The position numbers were made by a program, and so were the translations under genes. Shown piece by piece: positions 38,721 through 64,000 of a DNA stretch of 64,000 nucleotides. The first letter of the stretch is position 1, and each line of letters starts with the position of its first letter. Source of the DNA: the human T2T-CHM13v2.0 reference genome, Homo sapiens; NCBI RefSeq assembly GCF_009914755.1, contig NC_060941.1; one strand, given 5' to 3'. The notes under the pieces were generated by a model. That model searched no databases and was not told the origin of the DNA. It saw nothing but the letters and a program-made list of their open reading frames with translations.

Positions 38721-39772
38721 GAGAAAACCGGCTCTCTAGGTCAAGGCATTGGCTCAAGAACACACAGCTAACAAGCCGACATAGCTGGGATTAGAACCCA
38801 ATTGTCTGGCTCTAGAACCCCTTCACTATTTGAGGTACAATTTACTGCCTGACTACTAGTGCTAAACTTTGGGTTGGGGGCAGGGCCTGAGGCAGCTCCT
38901 GCTCTCATACATTCTGAGAGCCAGTTTGACAATAGGCAACTACACAAAAAACCGAAATAATCCCAGAATGCCTCAGGGCTCCAGGGGAAGGCGAAAAAAG
39001 CGGGTGCGTTTATAAACTTAAAATAATCAGAGGCAGCATCTCCAAGGACTGTGAGAATGCCCCAAGTCAGGGCAAAAGTTTTGGCTGGTTTGGGAAGTGA
39101 TGAAAGGCCAAAGTGGCTGCAGCGAGCGTGGACCCGGGAGGTCTCCAGGCGCGTTGGTGCGAGTTGGGGACGGCAGGCAGGGACACCTAAAACCTACGGT
39201 ACGCCACGAAGGGGTTTCAGCACGTCCTGAAAGGCCCGATCCCCCCCCAGAACCGCTGTGAGGGGGGCAGAGGGAGGTCCCTCGACAGGATGTGGCCTTA
39301 GTCGAGGAAGGCGGGAAGCAGGGGCTGGCACCCCCGACGCCCCACCCGCCCCCCGTGGCCTAGCAGCAGGGCGGGGCGAGGCGGGTCATGCACCCCTACC
39401 AGCCAGCCACTCCCACCCAGCCCTCGGCTCCCGCAACTCGCGGGGGTCCTCGCCCGGGTCCCCCGCCCCGCCCCGCCCGGCTGGTGACGTCACGGCGCTC
39501 GTCGGCGCCGCCTGTGGCGTCACAGGCCGGGCCCGCAGGGCTTTCTAGGGGTCCGTCGCTCTTGAAGCCGCCGGCGGCGGGCGCGTGCGCGGCCCGATGA
39601 AGAAGGAGGTTTCCAAGCCGTCTCCGCCCAAGTTGATCGGTGGATGCGCGCCCCCGCGCGGGGCACCGGTTGCTGTGGACGCAGTGGCGGCCGTTGGCTG
39701 GCGGGTGCGGCGCAGCCTCGGTGTCTCTGGGCCGGCGGTGCAGGGCAACGTTTCATGGTGCCGGGCGGCACC

Positions 39773-62600
<22,828 letters not shown>

Positions 62601-62635
62601 CTCTCGGGCCCAAGCAACCTTCTGGAAAACGGGTT

Positions 62636-62653
62636 AATAAATAAATCAATAAA
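62636..62653 (+). terminator. MYCBPAP: MYCBPAP polyadenylation signals (three AATAAA); very short 3'UTR
   Basis: AATAAA at 62636, 62640 and 62648, followed by GU-rich sequence. Confidence 0.85.
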
Positions 62654-63599
62654 GAACCTTCAAGTTTCTACTACTTCCGTGTGCCTCTGTGTCTTGCATG
62701 ATGGATCTTGGCTAGGTCAGCTCCTGATCCAGGTCCTCCCATGTTCCACCTGCCCTCAGATTCCCTCCTGCCAGCTGCCAGAGCCCTCCTGCAGGAGGAC
62801 AGACAGACATAGCTGGGGAAGTGATGTGTGGGATGCCAAGCAGAGGAGCAGGTTGGTAGCAAGACAAGGAGTCAGGTGACAGGACAGTGTGTCACCTCTG
62901 GTAGTCCCTGCCTCTGGCTTCCTTGGCCCACACTTTCAGGGTCGTGCTTCCTGGAGCCAGGTCTTCCCGAAGTGTCATCACCAAGTATGACAAAGTGTGA
63001 GATAAGGAGTAGAACTAGACCCATGGGACCTGGCTCCCTGCCATCTCCCCTCTTCAGCTGGGTCCCAGGGCCCCAATTCAGTCCCTGAAGATCATGCTCA
63101 CCACACCTCTTCAGCTCTAGAGGCCACATCACCTTGTTATTTCGGGGTCTAGTCTGCCTTATCCCCCTCCTCATCTCAAACTATCTGGCCTTGAGCCATC
63201 TTTCTGCCTTAAAAACAGCTGCTGATCTTCATGCTACCTCCCTTGCTCAGGGGAACATGAAACAGGCTAGAAATGGCTCTCAGAAAAAAAGGTATTGTCA
63301 GCTCAAACTCAGGCCCCTCATTGTCTTCTGTCAGTCATAACCATTTGGGGCTGGGCTCCCTGTGTGAACAGCACTCCAGGCTCCCAGAGTTTGAAGAACA
63401 ACTTTGGTTTTTGGGTGGGTGGGCATCCTTAAGTGGGCCTCAGGCATCCTCCAGCTGAGATGCAGGAGGGGGAGGATGGACAGAAGGATCTGACTCCGTG
63501 TGGGAAAGGCAGGGAGGGGGCTGTGCTGGAGTCCTGATGCTCTCCTCCCCAAGAAGACGAGAAGACGGGGGCTCCACCAAAGAGCCAGCCCCAGGGAAT

Positions 63600-64000
63600 A
63601 TCCCTGCCCTCTCCTTTAATGTCCTCCCGGCCCAGAGGAGGAAGGGGAGGGGTGTGGTGGGGGTGTTGGAGCCCCCCTCCTTTCCTGTTGAAGAGGCAGG
63701 GGAAGGGTTAACTCAAAGCAGAGGGGATCAGGTCGCCAGCACTGGCTCCAGATGTGCACTTCCTGGGGGCGGTCAACAGGCAGGCCCCCCACCTCTCAAT
63801 GCACCACTTGCCTGGCCAGCAGGAAGGGGTTAACCTGCCCTGCGCTTCCTCCTGTGTCCTGTTACTGCTGAGGCAGACCTGCCGGGCCAGCTGAGCAACT
63901 TTCCTCGGGGTGCTGCCTGGCGCTGGCTAGGAGGCAAACGCACGCGGGAAGAGCTGCTACCCATTCCAGGGACCCTGCCGCTGCCCCTCTGAGGGGTCTG
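63600..64000 (+). promoter_or_regulatory. EPN3: Probable EPN3 promoter / start of non-coding first exon
   Basis: Unique G-rich sequence with rising CpG ~1.2 kb after the MYCBPAP poly(A) signals. Assigned from recalled gene order only; no EPN3 coding sequence is in the window. Confidence 0.45.

Overview
Human (primate) genomic DNA. I recognise it as the 17q21.33 locus from the spliced proteins. All genes are on the + strand: the last six coding exons of ACSF2, the complete 9-exon RSAD1 (442 aa), ~22 kb of repeat-rich intergenic DNA, and the complete 19-exon MYCBPAP (941/947/984 aa depending on the ATG used). From gene order, the left-edge CpG island is probably the promoter of the nested minus-strand gene CHAD, and the right edge is probably the EPN3 promoter/5' exon. 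There are no tRNA, rRNA or CRISPR features, and most long ORFs in the track are Alu, VNTR or antisense artefacts. I found no new protein-coding system. The most unusual unexplained structure lies in the ACSF2-RSAD1 interval: a gap-free 188-bp block (6 mismatches) is shared between the ACSF2 3'UTR and the RSAD1 proximal promoter, 4,029 bp apart. Between the two copies sit an 18 x 24-bp CpG-rich VNTR and an antisense LTR47. Other notable points are a GC-AG intron with a NAGNAG acceptor, two stop-free in-frame short introns, and an upstream ORF whose stop overlaps the MYCBPAP ATG. Repeat boundaries and subfamily names were assigned by eye and are approximate.
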